From NCBI GenBank assembly GCA_021848025.1, contig JAJZND010000015.1, positions 9,310 to 73,309 of the forward strand: a stretch of DNA of 64,000 nucleotides. Direction: 5' to 3'. Below, piece by piece: positions 31,649 to 42,533 of this stretch. Position 1 is the first letter of the stretch; every line of letters starts with the position of its first letter. This stretch comes from Candidatus Micrarchaeota archaeon. Lineage in GTDB: Archaea; Micrarchaeota; Micrarchaeia; Micrarchaeales; CABMGC01. The translations under genes were made by a program, and so were the position numbers. Under the pieces are notes generated by a model. It saw only the letters and a program-made list of their open reading frames with translations, ran no database searches and was not told the origin of the DNA.

Positions 31649-33034
31649 ATGAGAGATCCAATAGACCTTAAACCAATGCTCAAGCCAAAATCCGTTGCAA
31701 TAATAGGCGTTTCTAGGAATCCCGATAAGGTAGGCCACATAATACTTCAGAATTACCTAAATGCCGGATATTCGGGAAGGCTATACCTCGTAAACAAAAG
31801 TGGCGAGGAAATACTGGGAATGGAGACGTACAAGAGCATACTGGAGATAAAGGACAGGATAGATCTGGCAGTGATATCAATACCTGCGCAATTTGTACCA
31901 GAAGTTCTTGAAGAATGCGGAAAGGCAAAAGTGAAGAGCGCAGTAGTTGTAAGCGGAGGATTTGCTGAGATAGGAGAAAAGGCGCTGCAAGATGAGATAA
32001 CAACGATAGCAGAAAAATACAAGATAGCTATGCTCGGCCCAAACTGCCTCGGAGTGGTTGATCCAAGATCCAGGGTCGACACGCTTTTCCTGCCGACATA
32101 TAAGCTCAGCAGGCCAGAGATAGGAGGAGTCAGCTTCGTAGCCCAGAGCGGAGCGGTAGGGAGTACGATACTCGACCTGATATCTGGAGAGGGTTTCGGC
32201 CTATCCAAATTCATATCCTACGGAAATGCCGCTTATGTTGATGAGGTAGACATACTCAATTACCTGATGAATGACGAAGAAACAAGAGTAATAGTCATGT
32301 ACATAGAGGGGATAAAGAGGGCCAGGGAATTTGTCGAGATAGCAAAGAAGGTAACAAAGAAAAAGCCAGTAATAGTACTCAAGGCGGGCAAGACCGCTGA
32401 AGGAAGCGCAGCTGCGCATTCGCATACTGCAGCACTTGCAGGCAGTTATCAGGCGCATGAAGCAATATTCAGGCAATTCGGATTCATAATAGCAAATGAC
32501 ATAAGCGAACTATTCTTCTACGCCAAGGTTTTTGCGTCAGAACCTGAGCCCAATGGGGGCAGGGTGGCGGTAATAACAAACGGCGGAGGCGTAGGCGTGC
32601 TTACCGTAGATGCGGTTTCTTCTTCCGGGATGCTAAGCCTTGCACAGTTTAGCAAGGAATCTTCCAACGCGCTAAAGAAAGTAATGCCCTCGCTTGTAAA
32701 CATCAGGAATCCCCTGGATTTAGCAGGGGATGCAGATGACAAGAGATATTCACAGGCGCTCTCTGTGTTAAGCAGTGACAACGGCATTGACATGCTCATA
32801 GTCATAGCGCTATTCCAAACTCCTGGTGCGGATTCACGCCTTGCAACAGAACTGATAAGGCTAAAGGAAAACATGCAGAAGCCGATGCTTGTGCTTAGCA
32901 TAGGCGCCGAGTTCACCAAGATGCATAAGATAATGATGGAGAGCGCAGGCCTGCCAGTGTACGATTCGCCAGCATCAATTGCACTTGCACTGGAAGCATT
33001 GCTCAAGTATTCCATCTATAAGAAGAAGCACTGA
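31649..33034 (+). CDS. acdA: ADP-forming acetate-CoA ligase alpha subunit
   Basis: PKSVAIIGVS, GPNCLG, QSGA, SHTAALAG, NPLDL. Confidence 0.92.
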   Translation: MRDPIDLKPMLKPKSVAIIGVSRNPDKVGHIILQNYLNAGYSGRLYLVNKSGEEILGMETYKSILEIKDRIDLAVISIPAQFVPEVLEECGKAKVKSAVVVSGGFAEIGEKALQDEITTIAEKYKIAMLGPNCLGVVDPRSRVDTLFLPTYKLSRPEIGGVSFVAQSGAVGSTILDLISGEGFGLSKFISYGNAAYVDEVDILNYLMNDEETRVIVMYIEGIKRAREFVEIAKKVTKKKPVIVLKAGKTAEGSAAAHSHTAALAGSYQAHEAIFRQFGFIIANDISELFFYAKVFASEPEPNGGRVAVITNGGGVGVLTVDAVSSSGMLSLAQFSKESSNALKKVMPSLVNIRNPLDLAGDADDKRYSQALSVLSSDNGIDMLIVIALFQTPGADSRLATELIRLKENMQKPMLVLSIGAEFTKMHKIMMESAGLPVYDSPASIALALEALLKYSIYKKKH

Positions 33035-33158
33035 ATAGGAGGCAACTTCTGAAATAAGGAACTGCGCATATGCGGGGAATCGGAACTGATGCGAATCAGC
33101 CTGTTTCCAAGAATGTGAATAAGTGCTACTGGCCTTTGAATAGATAGGCGGACGTTAC

Positions 33159-34388
33159 TCAATTCTCTATTGTTCCATGGCTGAGCATCTTTACAGCTGC
33201 GCTTATTACCTCCTCTTTCTTGGTATCGGAGCTAAGCAGGTCAAAGAGTTCTGAAGGGCTGATCTCGAGCCGGTATCCTGCCTTATTTAGCTTTTCCATA
33301 AAGACGCCCAGCCCATAGTCTCTTAGAGAAGCATTCTCCAGCTCCCCTGTCCTTATTTCCATCGCCTCCTGCTCAATCTCCTCGCTCTTTACGCCCAGCT
33401 TTGAAACTTCAAGTATCGCGTTGTCCTGAAATTCTTTTGCAAGCCCATGTACTGATATATCATGAAGTTTTATGCCGTTTCCAAGCTTCCCGGTCAATAC
33501 AATCCTTATTATCGGTTTGGCTCCTCCAGACGACTCAATCACCTTTCTCGCCTTCTCCCTGGCGAGCTCCTCTATCTCCGCAGGCCCCTTCCCATCCACA
33601 TCTATCTCTTCCACTGCAAATTTTCTGGAATTTATCCTGTGGAAGGTGTAAGCTCTCTCTTCAGTATCGTATACGAAGAAACCTTTGCCATCCTGTTCAT
33701 TTTCCTTGAGCTGTGTTATTACTGTGCTTCCCGGTATGAGGAAGTCCTTGCCGTGGCATTTCATCTCTACACGGCTGTGTATATGGCCATCTACGTACAA
33801 GTCAAATCCATCAGGAAGGTCGTCTATACGTATGAAGCTTTCACTGAACGGTAGAAGTTCATACACAGATTGATGGAACATGAAGATATTGAAACAGCCT
33901 TCCTTCCCCCTTGGCGCAACTTCCTTTAGCGTCTCCCTGAAGCGTTCTTCGGCAATCCCTCCAAGCCCAAAGACGCATACCTTCTCAGTCTTTCCTGACA
34001 ATGTCTTTTCTATAGTTACCCTTGCCTGAGAGGCATCTATAACAAGACCTGCCATGCCTAATATGCTCACTGGATTGGCAGCGTTCAGCGCCCTTCTCTC
34101 ATGGGTTCCTGGAATAGCTATTATGGGCATATCCGTATAAGCAAAGCCTTCACCTTCAAAGCCGGAAACCCTGGCCTTGAAATTCTTCTTCATAATATTC
34201 CTGAAAAGTGTCATCGCTTCAGCTATCACATCAGGAGAGGGCCTTCTATAATCGAAGATATCTCCAGGTATTATTATCATGTCACTTGCTTCCGCAGCTT
34301 TTTCTAGGGCTTCGCAGGCCTGCCTGCGTGCATCTTCCCTGAAGCGCTCATAGCCAAGGTGCATGTCAGATACAATCGCAATTTTCAA
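33159..34388 (-). CDS. mre11: Mre11-family DNA repair nuclease
   Basis: SDMHLG, GDIFD, GTHE, FHQ, GHIH, PGS. Confidence 0.85.
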   Translation of the reverse strand: MKIAIVSDMHLGYERFREDARRQACEALEKAAEASDMIIIPGDIFDYRRPSPDVIAEAMTLFRNIMKKNFKARVSGFEGEGFAYTDMPIIAIPGTHERRALNAANPVSILGMAGLVIDASQARVTIEKTLSGKTEKVCVFGLGGIAEERFRETLKEVAPRGKEGCFNIFMFHQSVYELLPFSESFIRIDDLPDGFDLYVDGHIHSRVEMKCHGKDFLIPGSTVITQLKENEQDGKGFFVYDTEERAYTFHRINSRKFAVEEIDVDGKGPAEIEELAREKARKVIESSGGAKPIIRIVLTGKLGNGIKLHDISVHGLAKEFQDNAILEVSKLGVKSEEIEQEAMEIRTGELENASLRDYGLGVFMEKLNKAGYRLEISPSELFDLLSSDTKKEEVISAAVKMLSHGTIEN

Positions 34389-34396
34389 ATGAGCAC

Positions 34397-34930
34397 CTAA
34401 GTGGTAGTTAATTCAAGGTTTCCAGTCACAATGCTGTTCTCTCCAGTAACCTGGTCAGTATATCCTATAACGAAGTATCCGCTGAAAAGCTTTCCTACGC
34501 TTCCGGAAAACGCGGTGCCAGAGTTAGTATAGCACTGCGTATTTATAGTATAGTTCTGCCCCACAGCCAGATATATCTGATTTGAAGGCGGGTTGTAAGG
34601 TGTAGTAAGATCACTGTACGATCCGTTCTGGTTGCAGGCGAATCCGGTTATATTCAGCGGGAACTGCGAATCCTGTACTAGGTCGATGGTAATAACTCCT
34701 GATGTGGAGATGCTCGCATGCCCGCATGTCAAGCCTATCCTGAAGGCGCATTGGTACGGCTGCAGGCCGCTGCTGTTGAATAGCCCGAGAGAATAAAGCG
34801 CGCCGATTACCACTGCAATAACGAGTATCATCCACCCATAAGTGGTCAGGAACTCCATTGCGCTTTGGGCTTTAGACTTCGGAGAGCCCCCAGATCCACC
34901 TGTTTTATAATCCAACAAATCCACCTTCAT
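34397..34930 (-). CDS. Archaeal type IV pilin-like protein (class III signal peptide)
   Basis: KSKAQ|SAMEFLTTYGWMILVIAVVIGAL followed by a Cys-containing globular domain. Confidence 0.85.
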   Translation of the reverse strand: MKVDLLDYKTGGSGGSPKSKAQSAMEFLTTYGWMILVIAVVIGALYSLGLFNSSGLQPYQCAFRIGLTCGHASISTSGVITIDLVQDSQFPLNITGFACNQNGSYSDLTTPYNPPSNQIYLAVGQNYTINTQCYTNSGTAFSGSVGKLFSGYFVIGYTDQVTGENSIVTGNLELTTT

Positions 34931-34936
34931 GAACAG

Positions 34937-36151
34937 CTAGTGCGTCTCAGTTCCATTATCCCTGAGAATCCCCTTCTCTATGAGCTCCTTTATCTTCCCA
35001 GGCTGGTAAGAAAGCTTTATCAGTTTTGTATGGCCCCGTATCCCCTTGCCGGATTCGTACGAGGTTATTATTCCCTGCATTTCTAGCTCAGCTATATATT
35101 TCCTGTAGAGCCTTGAGCTCTTTGGCTCGGTATGCAGCGATTCTGCTATTGAAACATACCTATTGAATATTTCACCACTCAGTATGTATGACTCGGTGCC
35201 TTCGCTCAGTTTCTTGTATTTGCTTCCGTGTATGGACATGAGTGCAATGGCATAAACAACCAGCTTCTGGTGCTCGGGAAGCGTGTTTATAACTTCATAT
35301 GCTATCTCTTCCTCAGCAAACTTTGCTGCATACGTTATCTCATCTACAGTTATCGCAGCAATGCCCTTCTCATCCGCCAGCTCCCCTGCCTTTGTAATTA
35401 TCTTTAGCGCGAGCCTTGCATCTCCGCCCTCCCTTGCCGCAAGGGCAGCCGCCAGGTTTATTGATGCTTCGTCTATAGCATTCTCCTTAAATCCTTTTTC
35501 TGCCCTGTCTTTCAGGATAGAGGCGAGCTCATGCGAATTGTAAGGAGGGAAGACTAAGTCATTCTCGTAAAGCGTAGATACGCTTCTTGGGTCAAGCCCC
35601 TCCTTAAAAGACACATTATTTGATACGCCAACCACAGTAATCCCGCCAGATTTTATATCGCTGTTGGCCCTGGTAAGCGTGTATACTAAATCATCAAGGT
35701 CCTTGACAATGTCAATCTCATCCAATACGACCACCAGGACCTTGCCGTCTTCTTCAATCCAGCCTATCAGCTTCTCATATATGTCTATAATTCCGTAGCC
35801 CCTTTTTGCGTACATTGGTATGTGATCTCCTGCAATCTTGCTAAGCACCCTATAACGCGAATTGTATACCCTGCAGTTTACGTACGAGATGCGTGCACTT
35901 ACTATGGGCAATTGCTTTATCCTTTCTACCACCTGCTTTATGCAGGAAGTTTTTCCAGTGCCTGTCTTTCCGAAGATAAAGACATTGCGCCCGCGCTCTC
36001 CTCTGAGCGATGGCGTAAGCGCCTTCTCTATCTCCTCTATCTGTTTGTCCCTGAAAAGCAGGTGATCCGGTATATAATGTGGCGAGAGCACCTTCCGGTC
36101 CAGGAAGATCTTAGAATCCTTGAAAAGGTCAGCAAAAGCCTCTGCCATCAT
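34937..36151 (-). CDS. cdc6: Orc1/Cdc6 replication initiator
   Basis: LSPHYIP, GKTGTGKT, VLDEID, FPPYN, GDARLA, C-terminal wHTH. Confidence 0.94.
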   Translation of the reverse strand: MMAEAFADLFKDSKIFLDRKVLSPHYIPDHLLFRDKQIEEIEKALTPSLRGERGRNVFIFGKTGTGKTSCIKQVVERIKQLPIVSARISYVNCRVYNSRYRVLSKIAGDHIPMYAKRGYGIIDIYEKLIGWIEEDGKVLVVVLDEIDIVKDLDDLVYTLTRANSDIKSGGITVVGVSNNVSFKEGLDPRSVSTLYENDLVFPPYNSHELASILKDRAEKGFKENAIDEASINLAAALAAREGGDARLALKIITKAGELADEKGIAAITVDEITYAAKFAEEEIAYEVINTLPEHQKLVVYAIALMSIHGSKYKKLSEGTESYILSGEIFNRYVSIAESLHTEPKSSRLYRKYIAELEMQGIITSYESGKGIRGHTKLIKLSYQPGKIKELIEKGILRDNGTETH

Positions 36152-36945
36152 CTCCCACCAGTAAGTTTCTTTACAATATGTTCATATCTATTCTTTATCA
36201 CTTCATCATTAAGTACAGCAACCTCTCCACGGTCACTCATCTCGCTCATCTTCTTGTCGAATGGCACCAAGCCTATTACTTCAGAATCAAGTTCCGCAGC
36301 TACTTCCTTTCCTCCGCGCGCCTCTCCATCAGACATGTTTTCAATGACACCCAGAAGTGCAACTCCAAGGCGCTTGGCCATCATCCCAGACCTTATCGCG
36401 TTTACTGCAGAGATATGCTGCGGCGTAGTGACAATAACAAAGCCGTCAAGGTCAAGCAATTGTATTATAGATAGTGGTGAGTCAGAGGTACCAGGCGGGA
36501 GGTCAAGTATAAGGTAATCAAGATCGCCCCATTCTGTATTGCTGAAGAATTCGCTTATCATCTTCCCTATCATAGGGCCCCGCCAAATAATCGGTTTGCT
36601 CTTATCATCAAGGAACATAGCAGTGGAGAGCACCTTAACTCCTCCCTTTTCAATAGGAATTAGCGGGTATACGGCTTCCTTAACCTCGTTTATTCCTAAA
36701 AACATCGTAAGGTTAGGGCAGTCTACATCAGCATCAAGAAGGCCAACCTTATATCCCATAATGGAAAGAGTATAAGCTATGTTTACTGCAGTGGTGGTCT
36801 TGCCAACTCCGCCCTTAGCGCTATATATCCCTATCTTGTGCTTTATATTTGACAGTCTTTCCTTAAGCGCCTTCCTCTGCTCTATGACCTTAAAAATAGA
36901 GGGATGAACCTGCATCTTAGGTTCGTTAGGCTGCTCTTGCTCCAC
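36148..36945 (-). CDS. Mrp/ApbC/NBP35-family ATPase
   Basis: SAKGGVGKTT, WRGPM, DLPPGTSD, VTTPQ, ENMS. It lacks the CPxC motif. Confidence 0.9.
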   Translation of the reverse strand: MEQEQPNEPKMQVHPSIFKVIEQRKALKERLSNIKHKIGIYSAKGGVGKTTTAVNIAYTLSIMGYKVGLLDADVDCPNLTMFLGINEVKEAVYPLIPIEKGGVKVLSTAMFLDDKSKPIIWRGPMIGKMISEFFSNTEWGDLDYLILDLPPGTSDSPLSIIQLLDLDGFVIVTTPQHISAVNAIRSGMMAKRLGVALLGVIENMSDGEARGGKEVAAELDSEVIGLVPFDKKMSEMSDRGEVAVLNDEVIKNRYEHIVKKLTGGR

Positions 36946-37329
36946 AATATCACAGAGCTAATATTTATTCTATAAAAATATAATCATTTGTGATATTGGC
37001 TCGGATCTGCGACAAAAGCACAAATGTGCTTACAAGGCAGCCACTGTCTATTACGGCTTATCCGGATCCTAATATAAAATAGCACGGTTTTGTACCCAAA
37101 TACGGTTGATAAATAAGTAAATGTCTGTCTATTTGGCGATAAAATGGATACATCTATATCTATTGTAAATCAAAAACTATAGTGGAGTTTGGGAAAAGAA
37201 GAACGAAACAGATAGCAAATCCAAAGATTCCTTCGCAAGAAATATAAAAAACATTCTGCAGGGATGATGGTTTAATATGCGGGTAAAATATCGTGTTTCA
37301 CAAACAAACGAGCTTCTACAGTAACCAGA

Positions 37330-37632
37330 AGATAAATCTTGATGAACTTTTCCTGAAAATGTGTAGTCAATCCCCTATCTGTACAGTGCTATATGTGTTG
37401 ATAGCAAAGTTGCATTTTTCTTCCTTTCTCCAACAAGGAAGAACAAGGGCGCAGAGGAACTGATTAGGCAGCCAGGAATCCTATAATAATGGTCTTCGAT
37501 AGCGCATTCCTATATCTTCAGTATTGAAGAAATTGTTTGGAATTTAGTGGTATTACCATCATACGCACAAGATGGATGACTTTAAGGACAAGAAGAATAA
37601 CAATATCGTAGAAAGGTTACAGAATTTTGTTC
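37330..37632 (+). pseudogene. Decayed IS6-family DDE transposase remnant
   Basis: Across frameshifts it reads INLDELFLK..YLYSAICVDS..FLSPTR..IMVFDSAFLY..NNNIVERLQN, matching the IS6 D-D-E motif pattern. Confidence 0.6.
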
Positions 37633-37725
37633 TTGTTTGAAGATATTTATCAATCATATTCTAGGACAGAGCCAGCAGGTCCTGTTTGCCACAATGCTTT
37701 TAAATGTTAATCGTCAAATAGGCAC

Positions 37726-38541
37726 ATGCCAAAAACTGATTCGTCATATGTCTTAGCAACTGACGGCTTGATAGGCATAAAAAAGTACTTCTTATATGGC
37801 ATGCTGGCAATGCTTCCTATCATAGTTTTAGCGCTGATGTCTTCTTTCGTAGGGATCACAGGAGCAATCATTGTTGAATCTGTATATGGGGGGCCAACAT
37901 TATACATATTGATAATTATCACAATCATTTCAATTGCAGCATTGGTTTTTGCGGCATTGTCACTGCTTGGTCTTCTCTTCGGGTTAAGAGACATAAGAAG
38001 AAGCAACCTAAAGAGTGTCGACCTTTATTCAGGTGCGTCAAGAAACCTCAGAAGAATAGCAATATCTATCTTAATATTAATAGCTCTCTATTACGTCCTG
38101 CTTATTTTTGCCTTAATATCTTCAGGAACAGGAGGAACATCGGTGTCTGTAATTAGCTTCATCTTCGAAATAATCTTACTTGCGATGGCCATACTATTTG
38201 CCATAAAACTTGCCAGTGTTTACAAGAATCTGTCAAAGGACATTTCGCAGCAAAGATTTAATACAAGCGCTACTCTTTTGATAGTTAGTGTAATAATAAA
38301 TGCAGCAGCCGAGATAGTTACTTTAATATCCACGGCTCTTTCTGCGCCTCAGAACAATCCATACATTTCTCAGGGCCTTTCCACGTCCCAAAATCCAGTT
38401 GCCTTAGTAATTAACATAATATTCTTAATAGAGTATATACTCCTGACTCTTCATTTCTACTTTGGATACAGCGCTTCAAAAAATGCTTTAACAAAATTAT
38501 CCAGAAATATTGGTATTCCTGCAGTGCAACCGCCAAAGTAG
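37726..38541 (+). CDS. Multi-pass membrane protein (DUF973-like)
   Basis: About 6 TM helices; AT-rich. Confidence 0.6.
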   Translation: MPKTDSSYVLATDGLIGIKKYFLYGMLAMLPIIVLALMSSFVGITGAIIVESVYGGPTLYILIIITIISIAALVFAALSLLGLLFGLRDIRRSNLKSVDLYSGASRNLRRIAISILILIALYYVLLIFALISSGTGGTSVSVISFIFEIILLAMAILFAIKLASVYKNLSKDISQQRFNTSATLLIVSVIINAAAEIVTLISTALSAPQNNPYISQGLSTSQNPVALVINIIFLIEYILLTLHFYFGYSASKNALTKLSRNIGIPAVQPPK

Positions 38542-38699
38542 TTATTGTCTTGCAATAAGCTGGCTCTGATTGAAGGCAGCAATATGGCGCTTTTTTAGGA
38601 AGTTTTATAAGCTTTCAATGCAATAATATAGCATTGAGCGATTAATTGTGTAATAACTTTTACTAATTATTCCAAATACGCTTAAGTGGTGTGAGAAAT

Positions 38700-39395
38700 A
38701 TGTATCCAAATGTACAAGCTTATGACAGAGGAGTAATGTTCAATCCTGACGGAAGGCTCTTCCAGGTAGAGTATGCAAAGGAGGCAGTGCGCAAAGGTGC
38801 TACTTCCATAGGGTTGGTGGCCAAAGATGGCGTTGTTTTCGTAGCACATAAGAACGTCACTGAGCCATTGGCAATAACGGCTACAATACAGAAGGTCTTC
38901 AAAATAGATTCGCACATGGGCGCAACGTACAGCGGAATGGTCGCAGACGGGCTTCACATAATAGACACGGCAAGGTCAAGGGCGCAGAACCACAGGCTCA
39001 TTTACGATGACTACAAGTCAGTGGAGTCCATGGCAAGGGACATTTCTTCGTATATGATGCAGGCAACGCAGTACGGAGGCCTTAGGCCTTATGCGGTCTC
39101 TCTGCTTGTTGGAGGCGTAGATAATGGCCCGAAGCTCTTCGAGATAGAGCCTGGAGCTTCTTTCTTGGGCTACAAAGCCGATGCGATAGGAGCTGGGAAG
39201 AAGGTCGCTACCGAGGTGCTAGTCAAGGAATACGAAGACGGGCTTAGTGTAGACGATGCCATAAAGCTGGGCGTAAAGATAGTAAAAAAAATAAGCGAGG
39301 AAAAGCTGACAGAAGACAACATGGACATAGGCTACATAAAGGAGGGCAGCGAATATCATCTGCTCACACGCGACGAATTACCGAATTTCCTATAA
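38700..39395 (+). CDS. psmA: Proteasome alpha subunit
   Basis: [25 protein letters not shown]. Confidence 0.96.
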   Translation: MYPNVQAYDRGVMFNPDGRLFQVEYAKEAVRKGATSIGLVAKDGVVFVAHKNVTEPLAITATIQKVFKIDSHMGATYSGMVADGLHIIDTARSRAQNHRLIYDDYKSVESMARDISSYMMQATQYGGLRPYAVSLLVGGVDNGPKLFEIEPGASFLGYKADAIGAGKKVATEVLVKEYEDGLSVDDAIKLGVKIVKKISEEKLTEDNMDIGYIKEGSEYHLLTRDELPNFL

Positions 39396-39408
39396 TACTG
39401 TTGATTCG

Positions 39409-40089
39409 ATGTCGAAGACAGTCGTGGCAAAATACTCCTTTTCAGGAGAAGAGTTCGAGATCTTCGTAGACTCAGATATGGCTTACGAGTATATAACCGG
39501 AAAGAGAAAGGATCCAATGTCAGTGCTTGAAGTAGAAGAAATATTCAAAGATGCAAATAAAGGGGAGAGGCAGAGCCAGGACAAGATTAAAAAAATATTT
39601 CAGACAACGGAGCTGCCTAAGATAGTGGAAACTATCCTCAAGAAGGGAGAAGTCCCAATAACAACAGAACAGAGGCACGCCCTCACCGCGGAAAAACGTA
39701 AGCAGGTAATCAACATCATAGCAATAAATTCCATAGATCCGAGGACCAACGCACCACATACTCCCCAGCGCATAGAGAATGCAATGGAGGAAGCGAAAGT
39801 GCAGATCGATCCGTTCAAGAGTGCGAACGAACAGGTAGATGCAGTAATAAAGAAGATCAACATGATTCTTCCAATAAAATTCGCAACCGTCAGGATAGAA
39901 GCAGAGATACCTCCATCATGGGCAAACAGGTGCTATGGGATGCTGAAGCAGTATGGCCTCAAATCTGAAGAATGGCTATCCAATGGTTCTCTAAAGGCAA
40001 CCCTTGAATTTCCCGCAGGCCTGAGACAGGAATTTTTCGATAAAATAAATAATCTCACAAGAGGGGAAGCAATAATAAAAGTGATTTAA
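39409..40089 (+). CDS. Ribosome maturation protein SBDS/Sdo1
   Basis: [30 protein letters not shown]. Confidence 0.94.
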   Translation: MSKTVVAKYSFSGEEFEIFVDSDMAYEYITGKRKDPMSVLEVEEIFKDANKGERQSQDKIKKIFQTTELPKIVETILKKGEVPITTEQRHALTAEKRKQVINIIAINSIDPRTNAPHTPQRIENAMEEAKVQIDPFKSANEQVDAVIKKINMILPIKFATVRIEAEIPPSWANRCYGMLKQYGLKSEEWLSNGSLKATLEFPAGLRQEFFDKINNLTRGEAIIKVI

Positions 40090-40757
40090 TGACAAGAAAG
40101 ATAGTAGTGCCTGGAGAAGTTCTCGCGGAAAGGCCGCTGAGGCTCAATGGCGCAATAGTGGAAGGAAGCAAGACGTGCGCTACGGTAATGGGCATATTTG
40201 ACGATGAAAAAAGCCTACTTATACCACTGGAAGGGCTCTGGTATCCAAAGAGCGAGGAGAAGGTAATAGGCATAGTGGAAGAAGCCAAGTTAAATTCGTA
40301 CACTATCAATCTGAATGCACCTTACAAAGGCATACTAATTGCAAAATTCGTTAGGGACCCAATAGACAACAATGCCATAATAGAGGCAACAGTGCGGGAA
40401 CTGGACAAGACAGGAACGGTTGTTCTTGTAAGGCCCAGAGTGCTTACAGGTGGTAAGCTTATATATGTAAAACCATCCAAGATACCACGCATAATAGGAA
40501 GAGGAAATACTATGATAGGCCAAGTAAGCAATGGAACTAGCACAACAATAGAAGTAGGAATGAACGGCCTGATCTGGATGAGAGGCGGCAATACGGACCT
40601 TGCTACAGAAGCGATAATGAAAATACAAGAAGAGGGCCACACATCCGGTCTGACGGACAGGATAAGCAGCATGCTAAATCTGCCTGCCCGGCAGCACACA
40701 GAAACATATGGCACAGAAGAAGGAAACAATGTGCGCAGTGAAGAAAAGGGATATTGA
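40089..40757 (+). CDS. rrp4: Exosome RNA-binding subunit Rrp4
   Basis: VVPGE, S1 domain, KH domain (KIPRIIG..GMNGLIW); operon context. Confidence 0.9.
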   Translation: MTRKIVVPGEVLAERPLRLNGAIVEGSKTCATVMGIFDDEKSLLIPLEGLWYPKSEEKVIGIVEEAKLNSYTINLNAPYKGILIAKFVRDPIDNNAIIEATVRELDKTGTVVLVRPRVLTGGKLIYVKPSKIPRIIGRGNTMIGQVSNGTSTTIEVGMNGLIWMRGGNTDLATEAIMKIQEEGHTSGLTDRISSMLNLPARQHTETYGTEEGNNVRSEEKGY

Positions 40758-41494
40758 TGAAAGCAAAGATAGATCTAATAGTAAACGGAAAGAGGCTTGA
40801 CGGGCGCGGCCCAGAAGACCTAAGGGAGATAAAGATAACGCCCAATGTAATCAGGAATGCAGCAGGCTCTGCCTACATTGAATGGGGAGCAAACAAGATC
40901 ATAAGCGCGGTATACGGGCCGAGAGAGGCGCTGCCAAAACATATCTCAGATCCTAACAAGGCGATAATAAAATGCAGGTATACTATGGCACCATTTTCGT
41001 CCCTTGAAGAACACGGTAAACCTGGTATGAACAGGCGCGCGGTAGAGATATCAAAGGTTACAGCTGAAGTATTCGAGGATGTGATACTTGTGGACAGCTT
41101 TCCCGGCAATGAGATAAGCATATTTATAGAAGTGCTCCAGGGAGACGGAGGCACACGTGCTGCAGGCATAACCTGCGCGGCGGTAGCGCTTGCAACTTCT
41201 GGAATACCCATGCGCGATATGCCATATGCTGTTTCTGCCGGAAGAATCGGAGAAACGGTAGTCTTGGACCTGAATAAGGTAGAGGATAATTATTCGGAGG
41301 CAGATATGCCTGTAGCGATAAGCCCGAGAACCGGAAACATAAACCTGCTGCAAATGGACGGAATACTCACACGCGAGCAGTTCGGGCAGGCAATCGGAAT
41401 GGTAAAGAAAGCAGGCGAGACAATAACCAGAATACAGAAAGAGGCGCTGATAAAACCATATCAGGAGATCGCAGAGAAGTATATAGAAGGATGA
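40754..41494 (+). CDS. rrp41: Exosome catalytic subunit Rrp41
   Basis: RLDGR, GSAYIEWG, YGPRE, DGGTR, EDNYSEADMP. Confidence 0.95.
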   Translation: MMKAKIDLIVNGKRLDGRGPEDLREIKITPNVIRNAAGSAYIEWGANKIISAVYGPREALPKHISDPNKAIIKCRYTMAPFSSLEEHGKPGMNRRAVEISKVTAEVFEDVILVDSFPGNEISIFIEVLQGDGGTRAAGITCAAVALATSGIPMRDMPYAVSAGRIGETVVLDLNKVEDNYSEADMPVAISPRTGNINLLQMDGILTREQFGQAIGMVKKAGETITRIQKEALIKPYQEIAEKYIEG

Positions 41495-41498
41495 GAGA

Positions 41499-42284
41499 AT
41501 GCAAATAAGAGCAATAACCGAGGAATATTTAAAAAGCAGATATTCAAGGAACCTGAGAGATGATAATAGACAGCTTACGGAGTACAGGAAGATAGTGTTG
41601 AAAACAGGAGTGGTGCCGAGCGCAGAGGGGTCAGCAGAGATCTTCTTAGGCAATACTCATGTGATAACCGGAGTAAAAATAGGCCTGGGGGAGCCCATGT
41701 CTGATACTCCTGAAGATGGGAATCTGATAACTTCCAACGAACTTCTGCCTATGGCTTCAGAAGCCTTCGATGCAGGCCCGCCATCTCCGGAGTCAATAGA
41801 GATAGCGCGTGTAGTAGACAGGGGGATAAGGGCCGCAGGCGTGGTGGATATGTCAAAACTCTTCATAGAAGCAGGCAAAGTATGGGAGGTCTTCATAGAC
41901 GTACATGTCTTCAATTACGACGGGAACATGTTCGACGCTGGCACGCTTTCTGCAGTGGCTGCCCTGCTTAGCTCCCGCATGCCGAAATACGAGGATGGAA
42001 AAGTCATAAGGGAGGGCGATTTGGGCAGGCTTCCTACGGGTAATATAGTTACATCGTGCACATACGCCAAGGTAGTGGGCAAAGTTATCCTGGATCCAGA
42101 TTCAAACGAAGAGGCATTTGCTTCATCTAGGATAACCATAGCAAACGACGAGCAGTATATAAGGGCAATGCAGAAGGGGCTTAGCGGTTCTTTCACTCAG
42201 GGCGAAATCGAGTCTGCAATAGAGATGTCATTTGAAAAATCAAAGACGCTTAGAGAGATCATTAAAAAGGCAGTAGGTGATTGA
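41499..42284 (+). CDS. rrp42: Exosome subunit Rrp42
   Basis: AEGSA, ARVVDRGIR, DGNMFDA. Confidence 0.95.
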   Translation: MQIRAITEEYLKSRYSRNLRDDNRQLTEYRKIVLKTGVVPSAEGSAEIFLGNTHVITGVKIGLGEPMSDTPEDGNLITSNELLPMASEAFDAGPPSPESIEIARVVDRGIRAAGVVDMSKLFIEAGKVWEVFIDVHVFNYDGNMFDAGTLSAVAALLSSRMPKYEDGKVIREGDLGRLPTGNIVTSCTYAKVVGKVILDPDSNEEAFASSRITIANDEQYIRAMQKGLSGSFTQGEIESAIEMSFEKSKTLREIIKKAVGD

Positions 42285-42527
42285 GTGGCAAACAAGAGCA
42301 TAAGATACGGAGTAAACCTAAGAAAACGCGAAGCAGCTGTAATAGCCCAGAAAAAGGAAAAATACAAGTGCGACATGTGCGGAAAGCTCGCAGTAAGGAG
42401 GATAAGCATGGGCGTATGGAAGTGCAGATACTGCAATGCAACATATGCCGGCGGAGCATACACCTTCAAGACCGCGGCAGGAGAAACTGTAAACAGGATA
42501 CTTAATTCAGGGCGCAATAGCAGTTGA
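42285..42527 (+). CDS. rpl37ae: 50S ribosomal protein L37ae
   Basis: RYGVNLRK, CDMC..GVWKCRYC..AGGAY. Confidence 0.93.
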   Translation: MANKSIRYGVNLRKREAAVIAQKKEKYKCDMCGKLAVRRISMGVWKCRYCNATYAGGAYTFKTAAGETVNRILNSGRNSS

Positions 42528-42533
42528 TAAGCG

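Noticed and set aside
36946..37725. Replication origin upstream of the cdc6 operon
   Set aside because: No repeated ORB-like (TCCA-N-GAAAC plus G-string) elements were seen; a transposase relic explains the region better.
42281..42505. Overlapping 74-aa ORF at rpl37ae
   Set aside because: It is an alternate frame of the ribosomal protein gene.
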